From contig JBFWQN010000001.1 in assembly GCA_050249405.1 (NCBI GenBank), positions 1 through 42,185 of the forward strand: a stretch of 42,185 bases of DNA, written 5' to 3'. This stretch comes from Hyphomicrobiaceae bacterium (lineage in GTDB: Bacteria; Pseudomonadota; Alphaproteobacteria; Rhizobiales; Hyphomicrobiaceae). The position numbers were made by a program, and so were the translations under genes. Shown here one piece after another: positions 7,877 through 18,220 of the stretch. The notes under the pieces are model-generated. The model made no database searches, was not told where the DNA came from, and was given only the letters and a program-made list of their open reading frames with translations. The number at the start of each line of letters is the position of its first letter. Position 1 is the first letter of the stretch.

Positions 7877-10453
7877 GTGGGCCGCAAAGCCTCGCAGCAG
7901 GCGACGTTCTCCAAGGGTGAGCTGGACCCGGACCTTTCCGAGCGCACGGACCTCGAGCACGTCTACGACAGCCTTGCAGTGGCGCTGAATTGCGTGTTCC
8001 ACCCGCAGGGCGGCGTCTCGGACCGCGGCGGCTTCTCGCTGATCTCCGACGCCGACGTGCTGGCAGCCGGAACGAGCCGCCGGCTGCGGCGCCGCATCGT
8101 GCCGCTCGACCTCGACAGCGACATGATCACGGCGGCCAACGGCGGCACGGCGGCCAGCCTCGTCGACCAAAGCCCGGCCACGCTTTTCACGACGAACGCG
8201 GTCACCGCATCGCCGTTCGTGGTCGCCGAGATCGACCTCGGTGCGAGCCAGTACGTCGATCTGGTCGACGTGCTCGACTTCCAAAGCGAGCTCGGTCCGG
8301 CCGACGGATGCCTGGCCATCGAGTTCTGGAACGGCTCCGCCTGGGCGGCATTTGCCGATCCTCTAGACGCGCAGCCGAGAAAGCACATCCGCACGACAGC
8401 GCGGCGCCGGCGTTTCGGCACGGCGCCCGGCGGTCCTGGCGGCATTCGCGTCGCGGCCCGGCAATGGCGCATCGTTCTTTACGCCGCGACCGGCACGGGC
8501 ACCTTCTCCATCGGCGGCCTGCGGATGTGGGCCGAGACGAGCCGCCTCGGCTCGATCGACGTGCGCGAGGTGGCCCGCGAGCAGGGCGCAACCTATGAGC
8601 TGGTGCTGACGGAGCGCAACATCGACGTCTTCGAGCAGCAGCGCTACGTCGCCTCGATCGCTGTGCCGCTGACCGGGCAGCAGGTTCTCGACGTGACGCA
8701 GGCCGGCGGCTTCGATACGCTGCTGCTGTTCCACGAGATGCTCGAGCCGCAGCGCATCGTCCGTCAGGGCTCGGGCGGCGAATGGAATTGCGCGCCGCTG
8801 GCGATCGAGGACGTGCCCGACCTGAAGCCGCAGATCGTCTTTGCCGGCACGCAGGACGAGATCCAGGACGTGTCCGTGCCCGGTATCACCGTGGGCGCCG
8901 TGCTGACCGTGTGTCTCGGCGATCTGATCGGGGCGCCGTTCGTCTACTCGACCGCTGGCGCGCTGCCCGGGCAGATCGCGGCGGCGCTCGGCGATCTGCC
9001 CGGCGTCGTCTCCGGCGACTTTCTGGCGACCCTCGCGGACGCGACGCCGACCGCGCGCATCCGCTTCACGGGCGACAACGGCGGCCGCGCCTGGCCGCTG
9101 ATCTCTGTGCTGACGGCCTCGGCCATCGACCCGGTGACGACCGTGGTGCAGCAAGGGCTGCTGGCGACCGGCGAGCTGATGGGAGAGGAGACGGGCTGGC
9201 CGCGCTGCGGCGCCTTCGTGCAGGAGCGCCTGCTGCTCGCCGGGATGAGGGCGGCGCCGACGACGTTCGCGTTCTCGCGCCCGGCCTCGTTCAATTTCCT
9301 CGACACGACCGACCCGATGACGGCCGACCTGGCGCTCGTGCGCACGCTCGACGTCGACAGCGTCGAGACGATCTACACGGCGTTCGTCGGCCGCCATCTG
9401 CAGCTCTTCACCGAGACCGGCGAATGGTACATCGCCGCGAATACCATCGACGCCACGCAGCCCCAGGGGGCGACCCGCGTGTCGTCGAACGGCATCCGGC
9501 GCGCGGTGCCGATCGCCTTCGCCGACGGCGGCTCGCTGTTCGTGCAGCAGGGCGGGCAGACGCTGCGCGACATGCTGTGGTCCGATGCCGAGCAGAGCTA
9601 CCGCGCCGACCCGATCACGGTGCTGTCACCGCAGATCATGAAAAGCGTGATCGACGTGGCGCACCGCTCGGCCCGCTCGGTGAGCGAGGGCAACCTGATT
9701 TTCATGACCAACGCGGACGGCACGGCAGCCTGCCTGACGCTGTTGCGCGGGCAGAACGTGGTGGCCGGGGCGCCATGGCGGTACGCGGCGGACGGCAAGC
9801 TGATCTCGGTGCTGGCCGACGTGCGCCACGATGCCTACGCCATCGTCGAGCTCGCCGGGGAGCGCTGGCTGGTCAAGTGGCAGAAGGCGATGCCGCTGGA
9901 TCATGCCACGACGCGGGCACTCGGCGGAGCCAGCCAGGTGACCGGCGCCTATGATCTGGCCGGGCGCGTCGACGTGTGGGCCTATTGCGACGGCGAGCTG
10001 CTCGGGCCCCTTGCCGTGAGCAACAGCGGCACGATCGACCTCGGCCGCGCGACGCAATCGGTGACGTATGGCCTGGTGCCGCCCTGGACCGCGCGCCTGC
10101 AGGTGCTGCGCGACAAGCTGGCCCGCGACGTGCCGTTCAAGCCGCCGGCCCGCATCTACGAGGTGGAGTTGGCGCTGAAGGACACTGGCGCCTTGACCAT
10201 CGCGACGAACGGGGGCGCGCATCGCCCGGTGCCGTTGCAGACCATGGGCGGCATCTACGCCGACGCCGGGCCGCTCGCCACGGAGACGGGCGGCGCCTCG
10301 GCCCTGCCGATGCTCGACCGCCTCTATACGGGAAACCGCACCGTGAGCGGGCTCCTCGGCTTTTCCCGGACGCCTTACGTCGAGCTGTCGCGGGACGTGC
10401 CGGTGCCGGTGCACGTCAAAAGCGTGCGCATGGAAGTGGTGATGAGGGACTGA
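7877..10453 (+). CDS. Tail nozzle (T7 gp12-like tail tubular protein B), assigned by size and synteny
   Basis: GTG 7877 with GGGAGG 6 nt upstream. The longer 7817 start would overlap the Gp49-like gene. 858 aa, followed by the internal virion protein genes. Confidence 0.65.
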   Translation: MGRKASQQATFSKGELDPDLSERTDLEHVYDSLAVALNCVFHPQGGVSDRGGFSLISDADVLAAGTSRRLRRRIVPLDLDSDMITAANGGTAASLVDQSPATLFTTNAVTASPFVVAEIDLGASQYVDLVDVLDFQSELGPADGCLAIEFWNGSAWAAFADPLDAQPRKHIRTTARRRRFGTAPGGPGGIRVAARQWRIVLYAATGTGTFSIGGLRMWAETSRLGSIDVREVAREQGATYELVLTERNIDVFEQQRYVASIAVPLTGQQVLDVTQAGGFDTLLLFHEMLEPQRIVRQGSGGEWNCAPLAIEDVPDLKPQIVFAGTQDEIQDVSVPGITVGAVLTVCLGDLIGAPFVYSTAGALPGQIAAALGDLPGVVSGDFLATLADATPTARIRFTGDNGGRAWPLISVLTASAIDPVTTVVQQGLLATGELMGEETGWPRCGAFVQERLLLAGMRAAPTTFAFSRPASFNFLDTTDPMTADLALVRTLDVDSVETIYTAFVGRHLQLFTETGEWYIAANTIDATQPQGATRVSSNGIRRAVPIAFADGGSLFVQQGGQTLRDMLWSDAEQSYRADPITVLSPQIMKSVIDVAHRSARSVSEGNLIFMTNADGTAACLTLLRGQNVVAGAPWRYAADGKLISVLADVRHDAYAIVELAGERWLVKWQKAMPLDHATTRALGGASQVTGAYDLAGRVDVWAYCDGELLGPLAVSNSGTIDLGRATQSVTYGLVPPWTARLQVLRDKLARDVPFKPPARIYEVELALKDTGALTIATNGGAHRPVPLQTMGGIYADAGPLATETGGASALPMLDRLYTGNRTVSGLLGFSRTPYVELSRDVPVPVHVKSVRMEVVMRD

Positions 10454-11013
10454 TGGCGGAGCTGGCAGCCACGGCATTTGCAGCGCTCGCCTCGAGCAGC
10501 ACGGCGGCGGCTGGCTGGGCGGCTGGAACCACGATCACGACGGCGGCGGGAGCTACCTCGTCGCTGCTCGGCTCGAGCGCTCTGGGGGCGTTGTCGACGG
10601 GGCTGACCGTCGCCTCGTCGGTGTCGGCGCTGCTCGGCGGCTACATGTCGTATCGGCAGGCCAACATGCAAGCCGACGTGGCCGGCCTCAACGCCGAGAG
10701 CGCGCGCATCGAGAGCGAGGAGAAGGCGATCCGCATTCGGCGCGAGCTGGTGCAGAAGACGGGCGCGGCCCGCGTCGCGTTCGCCGGCGCCGGCCTCGAC
10801 ATCTCGTCGGGCAGCGCCATCGAGCAGGGCTACCGCAGCGAGGCCGATGCCGAGATCCGGTTCGCTCGCAGCGGCGGCGAGATCGCGGCGGCCGGGCAGG
10901 AGATGGCCGGAGCGCAGTATCGCACGCGCGGCTATGCGAGCCTGATCGAGGCGGCGGGACGGGCAGCCATCGGCGGCGGCCAGCAGGCGCTGAGCATCGC
11001 ACGGAGGGGATGA
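10453..11013 (+). CDS. Internal virion protein (small; Ala/Ser/Gly-rich hydrophobic N-terminus)
   Basis: ATG overlaps the nozzle stop (TGATG), with GAGGG RBS. 186 aa. Confidence 0.55.
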   Translation: MAELAATAFAALASSSTAAAGWAAGTTITTAAGATSSLLGSSALGALSTGLTVASSVSALLGGYMSYRQANMQADVAGLNAESARIESEEKAIRIRRELVQKTGAARVAFAGAGLDISSGSAIEQGYRSEADAEIRFARSGGEIAAAGQEMAGAQYRTRGYASLIEAAGRAAIGGGQQALSIARRG

Positions 11014-11014
11014 C

Positions 11015-13249
11015 ATGGGGCGCATGCCGAGCCTGGTGCCGATCGCGCCAGAGCTGGAGCGGGAGGCGCGGGCGGGGCAGATGCTGCCGCAGCCGCCCGA
11101 CGACGGCCTGGGCGAGGCCGGCAAGGCTTTGGCCAAGGACTTCGGAAAGATTGCCGAGAAGGTCGGCCTTCTGGCTGATCACGCGGCGACCGTCGAAGGG
11201 CACGACGAGGGCCACCTTGCCGGCATGGACCCGGAGTTCCGAACCCGCAAGGACGGCACGATCCGCGGTGAGGCCTTCGACAAGGCAGGGCTTGCGACGG
11301 CGAAGTCGCGCATCTCCGTCGAGGTGCACAACGAGATCGAGCAGGCGGCGCTGAAGCATCGCGGCGATCCGCAGTCGCTGCTGAAGGTGATCCAGTCGAA
11401 AGCCGGCGGCTGGGAAGGGCAGGTGCCGCAAGAGCTGGTGCCCGAGGTGCGCAGCATGTTCGCCCGAGGCGGCATGGCGGCGTTTCGGGATGCGACGCGG
11501 CAGCTCTGGGCGCAGCAGGCCGAGGCGCAGAAAGCGGCCATGCAGGAGGAGCTGGCCAGAAGCCTGCGGTCGACGCAGCAGCTTGCCTACGCCGGTGGCC
11601 TCGACGACGCGGCCGTCCAGTCGGCTGCCGACAGCGTGGTGGCGCTGGACAAGACGCTCTCGCAGCGTGGCCCGGACGGCAAGCTGCTCGTCGCGCCGGC
11701 CGCGCGCGTCAAGCTGATCGCGGATACGAAAGAGATCGTGGCGCGCGCGCAGCTCGAGGGCGCCTTCGATCGGCAGCCGAGCCAGGAGGCGCGCGCCGAG
11801 ATGCTGCGCCAGCTCGAGGACGATTTCTCGAAAAGCCGCGGCGTGGCGGCGGCGTTCGATTATCCAACATTCCAGCAGGTTCGTGGCCACCTCGAGAGCA
11901 AGCTGCGCCAGGGCGATGCCGCCCAGCGGCAGGCTAATGGCGTGCTGGTCAACGCGGTGAAGGAGGTGGAGCGGCGCGCGACGAGCGGCGAGCCGGTCCG
12001 CCAGGAGGAGCTGGCGGCGCTGCAATCGCGCGTGGTGGCGACCAACGATCCCAATTTGCATGCCGCGCTCGACGACGGCGTCGACAGCCTGCGCTTCATG
12101 GGGTCGTTCAAGACGCTGCCTCTGCCGGCCATGGAGCAGGCCGTCGACCAGATGCGCCAGGAGATGGCGGCCGCGCCGTCGTCGCTGCTGGACAAGGGCC
12201 GCATCGGACGGCGGCTGAAGCATGCCGAGGAGATGCTGTCGAAAGCGCAAAGCGAGATCAAGCGCAACCCGCTGGCCTGGGAGGGCCGGACCGGGATGGC
12301 GACCGTCACGCCGCTCGGGGCGGTCAATCTGGGCGAGCAGGGTGCGCTCGAGGCCTGGGGCCATGAACGCCGCGCCCAGGCCGAGGAAGCGGCGCGCCGG
12401 CACGGCCTCGGGCGGCCGCAATACCTGGAGCCGGTGGAGCAGCGGGCGCTGGCCAAGCGCTTCGAGCAGGGCGGCGAGCAGGGCCTGCAGGCGGTGACGC
12501 TGGTGCGACGGGCCTTCGGCGACGCCGCGCCGGAGGTGATGCGGGAGCTTGGCAAAGAGGCGCCGGCCGGCACGCTGCTGGCCGACCTGGCCATCAAGAC
12601 GGGCACGACGCCGGCCGTGCTCGACGGCGCGGAAGGGCTGCACATCAAGGCGCAGCCGGGTCACAAGCACGTGGCTCCGGACGCGACCAAATCCAAGCTC
12701 TACGCCGACGAGGTGGTCGGCGCCGCGCTGGGGCAGAACCCCGGCTATCTCGACCGGGCCATGAAGCTGGCCGATGCCATCTACGAGCGCCGCGCCTACC
12801 GCGACGGCAAGATCGAGGCTTTCGACGACCGGGCGTGGAAGCAGGCGCTGCGCGAGGCCCTCGGCGAGACCGAGGTGGGCGGGCGCAAGTACGGTGGGCC
12901 TGCCAAAGTCGGCGGCGGCTGGTTCGGGGGCAGCAAGGTGGTGTTGCCGCCGAATGTGCCGCAGGATCGCGCCTCGTCCATCTTCCAGGCCATCACGCCT
13001 GACGATCTGGGCGCGGCCGAAGGTGGCGGTCCGCGCTACGGGAGCGGTCGATCGCTGACGGTGCACGAGCTGCGCTCGGCCAGCTACGTCACCGTCGAGC
13101 CCGGCAAATACTGGCTGCTGCTGAAAGGCGACGGCGGGCCAGGCTCGCAATGGGCCGGTGACGGCAACGGGCGGCCGTTCGTGCTCGATCTCGAGCAGGC
13201 GATGCGCACACCGACCTTCCAGAAGCGCCGCCCCGACCTCGCGAGGTGA
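11015..13249 (+). CDS. Internal virion / ejection protein (large)
   Basis: 744 aa with GGAGG RBS. Position is equivalent to podovirus core proteins. No catalytic motif recognised. Confidence 0.6.
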   Translation: MGRMPSLVPIAPELEREARAGQMLPQPPDDGLGEAGKALAKDFGKIAEKVGLLADHAATVEGHDEGHLAGMDPEFRTRKDGTIRGEAFDKAGLATAKSRISVEVHNEIEQAALKHRGDPQSLLKVIQSKAGGWEGQVPQELVPEVRSMFARGGMAAFRDATRQLWAQQAEAQKAAMQEELARSLRSTQQLAYAGGLDDAAVQSAADSVVALDKTLSQRGPDGKLLVAPAARVKLIADTKEIVARAQLEGAFDRQPSQEARAEMLRQLEDDFSKSRGVAAAFDYPTFQQVRGHLESKLRQGDAAQRQANGVLVNAVKEVERRATSGEPVRQEELAALQSRVVATNDPNLHAALDDGVDSLRFMGSFKTLPLPAMEQAVDQMRQEMAAAPSSLLDKGRIGRRLKHAEEMLSKAQSEIKRNPLAWEGRTGMATVTPLGAVNLGEQGALEAWGHERRAQAEEAARRHGLGRPQYLEPVEQRALAKRFEQGGEQGLQAVTLVRRAFGDAAPEVMRELGKEAPAGTLLADLAIKTGTTPAVLDGAEGLHIKAQPGHKHVAPDATKSKLYADEVVGAALGQNPGYLDRAMKLADAIYERRAYRDGKIEAFDDRAWKQALREALGETEVGGRKYGGPAKVGGGWFGGSKVVLPPNVPQDRASSIFQAITPDDLGAAEGGGPRYGSGRSLTVHELRSASYVTVEPGKYWLLLKGDGGPGSQWAGDGNGRPFVLDLEQAMRTPTFQKRRPDLAR

Positions 13250-13251
13250 CC

Positions 13252-15066
13252 ATGGCCGAGCTGATGCCGCCGGGGCGCGTTGCCGACGATCCCGTTTTGC
13301 CGTCCTCGAGCCTCGGCGATGTCTGGACGGCGGCGCTTGCCGCACAGCGGGATGTCGCGAACCCGCTGGCCCGGCAGCGCGTGCTCGACGAGGAATACCA
13401 GCGCCGTATCGACGAGGTGGAGAAGGCGACGGGCGTGCGCCTGTTCCACCCGCGCCGGGACATGCCGACGCCCGACGACTTCCGCGAGGCGCAAGACGAG
13501 GCCGGCGGCTGGCAAAGCTCCGTCGGCATCGGTGCGGCAACGACGGCTGCCGAGCGGCGCTTCCACCGCCAGCTCATGCAGCTCGGCGAGCAGCACCCCG
13601 ACAAGGGCGATGCGATCCGGGCGGGCACGACGGTGTGGGACGATGCCTATGCGCGGGTGCGCAAAGCGGAGGCCACGAACGAGGACGTGCTGCGCCGCTC
13701 GCCGACGGCTGTCGACGTGCCTCTGCTCGGCCCCGTCGATCCCGTCGGCATGCTGGCCTCGATGTGGGGCTGGGCGCACGATCCCGTGAACCTCGCCACG
13801 TCGGTGATCGGGCCGGGAGGCAGCGCGGCGCGCGGCATCCTGTGGAACGCCTCGCGCCAGGCGGTGGCGGGCATGATGCAGCAGGCGGCCGTGGAGCCCT
13901 TCGCGCAAGCCTGGAGGGCCGAGGCTGGGCTCGATTTCGGCTGGCGGCAGGCGGCTGGCAACCTCCTGATGGCCGGCGTGGCCGGTGGCGCGCTCGACGC
14001 GGCCGGCCGAAGCCTCAACCGCAGCATTCGAGGCAAGCCGCTCGGCGGCACGCCGGAGCCGCCGAGGCCGGCGAACGACGTGGCGCCGCCCGCGCCGCCG
14101 CGTGAGCCGGAGGCAGCGCTCGATGCGGCGGTACACCGGTTGCCCGAGGATAACCTGGCCCGCCGTGCTGCCGAGGGCGACGCCGGCGCCATCGTCGAGC
14201 TGACCGGCAAGCTCGGCGTCCAAGCCGACGATCCGGCGGCCGTGCGCGGCGCGCTCGAGCAGTTCAAATTCGAGACGCTGCAGGAGACCTCGATCCGCGA
14301 GGCGCTCGGCGCCGCCGACGTCGAGGACCGGCTTGCCGCGCAGATCCGGCATCTGGCCGATCCGGAGGCCGAGCCGCCATCGCGGCCTGCCGTGGCGGAC
14401 GTGATCGGCCGCTCCACGGAGCCGGTTCCGCTTGCGCCGGAAACCGCCGCGCTGCTGCCGGCCGATGCGCTGGAGCGGCTGCGCCAGGGCGATCTGGACC
14501 CCGTCACCGCCGCTCGCCTCATCCGTGACGTGCCGGAGCTCGCCGCCGAGCTGCCCGGCACGACGGACCTGGCGCGGGGCATCCATGCGCTTTCCCGGCT
14601 GTCGGACGACGGACTGGCCGCTGTCGAGCAGGGCAGCATCCTGCCGTCGTATGCCGCGATCGTCGCGGATGCGGCGCCACCGGCCCGACACGCGGGCATG
14701 ATCGAGCGGCTGGCGGCGCTGGCCCCGCGCGACGAGGCCGAGGCCCGGCGCCTGGTGGCGGCAATGATGCAGGCGCCGACCGACGCCGGGACAGCCTCCC
14801 GCATTCTCGGGCTCGGCGATCCGCCGGCCGCTGCGGCCGCCGACGGGCCGCTTACGCGCACGCGGGCGCCGGAATTCGACGAGCCGCTAAGCGACGGCGC
14901 CAAGCTGCAGGCCGAAAGCCTGAAAAGCCTGGAGGAGCGGGCGCTCGATGCCGTGACCGGCAGTGGCCCGGCACCAGCCTGGATGCGCGAGCTCGTCGAT
15001 ACCCTGGAAGCCGCCAAGGCCGAGGGCGACGAGGCCGCGCTGGTCACCGCTTGTAAATTGTTCTGA
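13252..15066 (+). CDS. Internal virion / ejection protein
   Basis: ATG 13252 lies 5 nt after GAGG. GTG 13246, overlapping the upstream stop, is an alternative start. About 604 aa. Confidence 0.6.
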   Translation: MAELMPPGRVADDPVLPSSSLGDVWTAALAAQRDVANPLARQRVLDEEYQRRIDEVEKATGVRLFHPRRDMPTPDDFREAQDEAGGWQSSVGIGAATTAAERRFHRQLMQLGEQHPDKGDAIRAGTTVWDDAYARVRKAEATNEDVLRRSPTAVDVPLLGPVDPVGMLASMWGWAHDPVNLATSVIGPGGSAARGILWNASRQAVAGMMQQAAVEPFAQAWRAEAGLDFGWRQAAGNLLMAGVAGGALDAAGRSLNRSIRGKPLGGTPEPPRPANDVAPPAPPREPEAALDAAVHRLPEDNLARRAAEGDAGAIVELTGKLGVQADDPAAVRGALEQFKFETLQETSIREALGAADVEDRLAAQIRHLADPEAEPPSRPAVADVIGRSTEPVPLAPETAALLPADALERLRQGDLDPVTAARLIRDVPELAAELPGTTDLARGIHALSRLSDDGLAAVEQGSILPSYAAIVADAAPPARHAGMIERLAALAPRDEAEARRLVAAMMQAPTDAGTASRILGLGDPPAAAAADGPLTRTRAPEFDEPLSDGAKLQAESLKSLEERALDAVTGSGPAPAWMRELVDTLEAAKAEGDEAALVTACKLF

Positions 15067-15091
15067 TCACTTCACCTGCGCCGGCTGCGGG

Positions 15092-15127
15092 CACGCGCCG
15101 GTCGCCTGGTGGGCAACTGAAGGCGCA
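15092..15127 (+). promoter_or_regulatory. Conserved 36-nt intergenic hairpin element (copy 1 of 2)
   Basis: 32/36 nt identical to 24137-24172. Contains the imperfect inverted repeat CGGTCGCC/GGCAACTG. Ends 6 nt before the ATG at 15134. Confidence 0.55.
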
Positions 15128-15133
15128 CAGAAA

Positions 15134-17980
15134 ATGTCGATCAAGCACTGCCTGACCTCGGCCGTCGAGCAGAAGGCGATCAGCCAGGCTGCCGCCGACG
15201 AGCTGGACCTGATCTACAACCGCCTGCGCGAGCAGCATGCCCTGGTGCACGGCGACGTCGAGGCCCGTCGTAAGGCACAGGAGGAGGTGGCCAAGCGGCT
15301 GGAGGCCGGTGCCGCCCAGCGGCGGCGCGTGGCCCTGCTGCAGGCGGCCGCCATCGAGCGCACGCAAGAGGCCGTGTTCGGCTACACCAACGCGCGCGGC
15401 GAGATCGATCCCGCCCGGGCGCTGATCGAGCTGCTGGAGACGCACGGCCAGCGGGACGAGGGCCTTTCCACCGGCTCGGTGATGGGTCGCTCCAAGGCCA
15501 TCATGGGCGCTGCGCTTTCCGAGATGGAGGCCATGCTCGAGACGTTCTCGAAGGATCTCACCGGCGGCCGCCGCAACCGCGCGCAGCTCGAGAACGTGGT
15601 GCGTGAGCTCTTCGGCGAGGACAGTGGCGACCAGGCCGCGAAAGAGTTCGCCAAGGCGTGGGCCGACACGGCCGAAGGGCTGCGCCAGCGCTACAACGAG
15701 AACGGCGGCGCCATCGGCAAGCTGGAGAAGTGGGCGCTGCCGCAGATGCACGACGGCGTCGCGCTGCGCAAGGTGAAGTTCGACGAATGGTCGCGCCGCA
15801 TCTCCGACCTGCTCGACTGGGACAAGATGCGGCATGCCCTGACCGGCACGCCGATCCTGCCTGGCGAGCGGCAGGAGGTGCTGCAGCACGTGTTCGACAC
15901 CGTGACGTCCGACGGCTGGGACAATCGCCTGCCGGCGACGCAGCCGCAGGGCCGCGGCGCGCTCTACAAGCAGCACGCCGACCATCGCTTCCTGGTCTTC
16001 AAGGACGCGGCGAGCTGGCTCGAGTACCAGCGCGACTTCGGCCAAGGCGACCCGTTCGCCGCCATGATGGGCCATCTGAAGGTGATGTCGCGGGACATTG
16101 CCGCCATGCAGATCCTCGGGCCGAGCCCGGATGCGACACTGACGTGGCTGAAGGGCGAGGTGATGCGCGAGGCCGAGAAGCTGCGGCGCGGCGAGGCGGC
16201 CCGCTTTGCGCGCGGCACGACGCTGCTCGGCGTTGAGCTCGGCAATCCGGTGAGCCGGGCGACCTATGCCATCCATCGGGCCGAGACAATGTGGGCCCAC
16301 TACACGGGGGCGGCGGACGTCGCCGCCGGGCAAGCCTTCGCCGCCACCATGGGCACGCTCAGAAACATGACCAGCGCCGGCGCGCTCGGCTCGGCCATGC
16401 TGTCGGCCCTGTCCGATCCGGGCTTCGGCGCCATGGCGCGATCGTTCGCGGCAGGTAGCTCGGTGCCGGGCGGCCTCGTCGCTCAGGTCGGATCGGTCGT
16501 CGATGCCATGAAGGGCGTGACGCGCGCCGAGGCGGTGCGCGGCGGTCTGATCCTCGACGAGGCGGCCAATACCTTCGGCGAGCGGGCGCGCGAGGCGAAC
16601 CTGGTCTCGGGCCCGATCATGAGCCGCTACATGGCGGATACGGTAATGCGCGTGCAGGGCCTGCAGGCCTGGACGCAAGCGGGCAAGCACGGCTTCGGCC
16701 TGTGGCTGATGGGGCAGATCGCCGACCGCGTCGGCGACGGCTGGGCTACGCTGACGCCGCAGGTGCAGCGCCTGATGCGCCGCTATGGCCTGAGCGAAAG
16801 CGAGTGGGACGTGATCCGCTCGGCGGCGCGGCACGATTTATCCCCCGAGGGTGCCGGCGCGCACGTGCTGCGCCCGCGCGAGATCGCCCGCATGACCGTC
16901 GACGACCTGGCCATCATGGCCGGCGGCAATCCGGAGCTGGCGCGCCAGGCGCAGGCGGCGCTGGATCGCATCGCCGGCATGAAGGAGCCGCAGTTCCGGG
17001 CGTGGCAGCGCGACATGCTCGGCACCGAGCCAGGGCTGCTCCGCAACCTGCTCGGCATCGACTACCAGCTGAGCGCGGCCGAGACGCGGCGCGTGCTGCA
17101 GCGGATGCTCGACCGCAACAGCCGCGACCTTTCCCGGCTCGAGGGGGCGCCGTCGATCCCGTCCGATCCGGCCGAGGCCAAGGTGGCGCGCTACTTCCGC
17201 GACGTCGCCGAGCGCTATCATGAGATGATCCTGCAGGAGACAGCCTACGCCGTGCCGGAGCCGACATTGCGCTCGAAGGCGATCACGCTCGGCGGCACAC
17301 GATCGGGCACGATCCAGGGCGAGGCGTTCCGGGCCTTCGGCCAGTTCAAGTCGTTCGGCGTGGCGGTGGCGCTTCTGCATGGCGGGCGAGTGATGAACGA
17401 GCTGGCGCAGGGGCGGGCGGCCTACGGGGCGGCCTATGCCACGGCGGGGCTCGCGACGCTGACCGTGCTCGGCATGGTCTCCATGCAGCTGAAGCAGCTC
17501 GCCAAGGGCGAGGACCCGCGCGACATGGCCGATCCGCGCAACTGGGGCGCGGCCATGGTGCAGGCCGGCGGCTTCGGCATTATGGGCGATTTCTTCCTGG
17601 CCGATCAGAACCGCCTCGGCGGCGGCCTGACACAAACCATCGTCGGTCCGATCCCGGGGCGTGCGGCGGATGTTCTGAAAGCGACGATCGGCAATATCCA
17701 GGAAGCGTCCGACCCGAAAAAACAGAAAACGAATGCGGGACGCGAGCTGTTGAAAAACGTCCGATCATGGGACCCGCTGGCGTCGCTCTGGTTCACGCGG
17801 CTGGCGTGGGATCGTCTCGTCTACAACAATCTGCAGCGGGTCGTCGATCCGGAGGCCTCCCAGGCATTCGCACGCCAGGTCGACGTCGCACGTCGCGACC
17901 GCCAGACGGGGTACTACTGGCGACCAGGCGAGAATATGTGGGACCGCGCGCCGGACATTGGGAACGCATGGCGGAGATGA
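15134..17980 (+). CDS. Large internal virion / ejection protein
   Basis: ATG 15134 follows a 67-nt gap. 948 aa. It is the last gene of the rightward virion block. Confidence 0.6.
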   Translation: MSIKHCLTSAVEQKAISQAAADELDLIYNRLREQHALVHGDVEARRKAQEEVAKRLEAGAAQRRRVALLQAAAIERTQEAVFGYTNARGEIDPARALIELLETHGQRDEGLSTGSVMGRSKAIMGAALSEMEAMLETFSKDLTGGRRNRAQLENVVRELFGEDSGDQAAKEFAKAWADTAEGLRQRYNENGGAIGKLEKWALPQMHDGVALRKVKFDEWSRRISDLLDWDKMRHALTGTPILPGERQEVLQHVFDTVTSDGWDNRLPATQPQGRGALYKQHADHRFLVFKDAASWLEYQRDFGQGDPFAAMMGHLKVMSRDIAAMQILGPSPDATLTWLKGEVMREAEKLRRGEAARFARGTTLLGVELGNPVSRATYAIHRAETMWAHYTGAADVAAGQAFAATMGTLRNMTSAGALGSAMLSALSDPGFGAMARSFAAGSSVPGGLVAQVGSVVDAMKGVTRAEAVRGGLILDEAANTFGERAREANLVSGPIMSRYMADTVMRVQGLQAWTQAGKHGFGLWLMGQIADRVGDGWATLTPQVQRLMRRYGLSESEWDVIRSAARHDLSPEGAGAHVLRPREIARMTVDDLAIMAGGNPELARQAQAALDRIAGMKEPQFRAWQRDMLGTEPGLLRNLLGIDYQLSAAETRRVLQRMLDRNSRDLSRLEGAPSIPSDPAEAKVARYFRDVAERYHEMILQETAYAVPEPTLRSKAITLGGTRSGTIQGEAFRAFGQFKSFGVAVALLHGGRVMNELAQGRAAYGAAYATAGLATLTVLGMVSMQLKQLAKGEDPRDMADPRNWGAAMVQAGGFGIMGDFFLADQNRLGGGLTQTIVGPIPGRAADVLKATIGNIQEASDPKKQKTNAGRELLKNVRSWDPLASLWFTRLAWDRLVYNNLQRVVDPEASQAFARQVDVARRDRQTGYYWRPGENMWDRAPDIGNAWRR

Positions 17981-17992
17981 GAAAGGTCTCCG

Positions 17993-18220
17993 TTATTGCC
18001 AGTTGATCTTCCGGTGGCGAATGCGCGCCCGGATCATCAAGACCGCCTTCGGCGTTGTGAAGCGTTTTCCGCTGTGCCGAAAATTGCGATCCGTCTTAAG
18101 CGGAATCATGCGTTTGTCGCAGACTGGTATCCACGGCCAATCACGTATCGCGCGCCCTGGCCACACTTTGAGGCGGTAAGCTTTCCCCCGACTGCGCACT
18201 AGTGGCTCCCCTATTCCCAT
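17993..18220 (-). CDS. Possible small basic protein downstream of the resolvase-like gene
   Basis: 75-aa ORF rich in R/K/W (MGIGEPLVRSRGKAYRLKVWPGR...RIRHRKINWQ). Its ATG overlaps the upstream stop by 10 nt, and the third-position GC bias is acceptable. No homology recognised. Confidence 0.3.
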   Translation of the reverse strand: MGIGEPLVRSRGKAYRLKVWPGRAIRDWPWIPVCDKRMIPLKTDRNFRHSGKRFTTPKAVLMIRARIRHRKINWQ

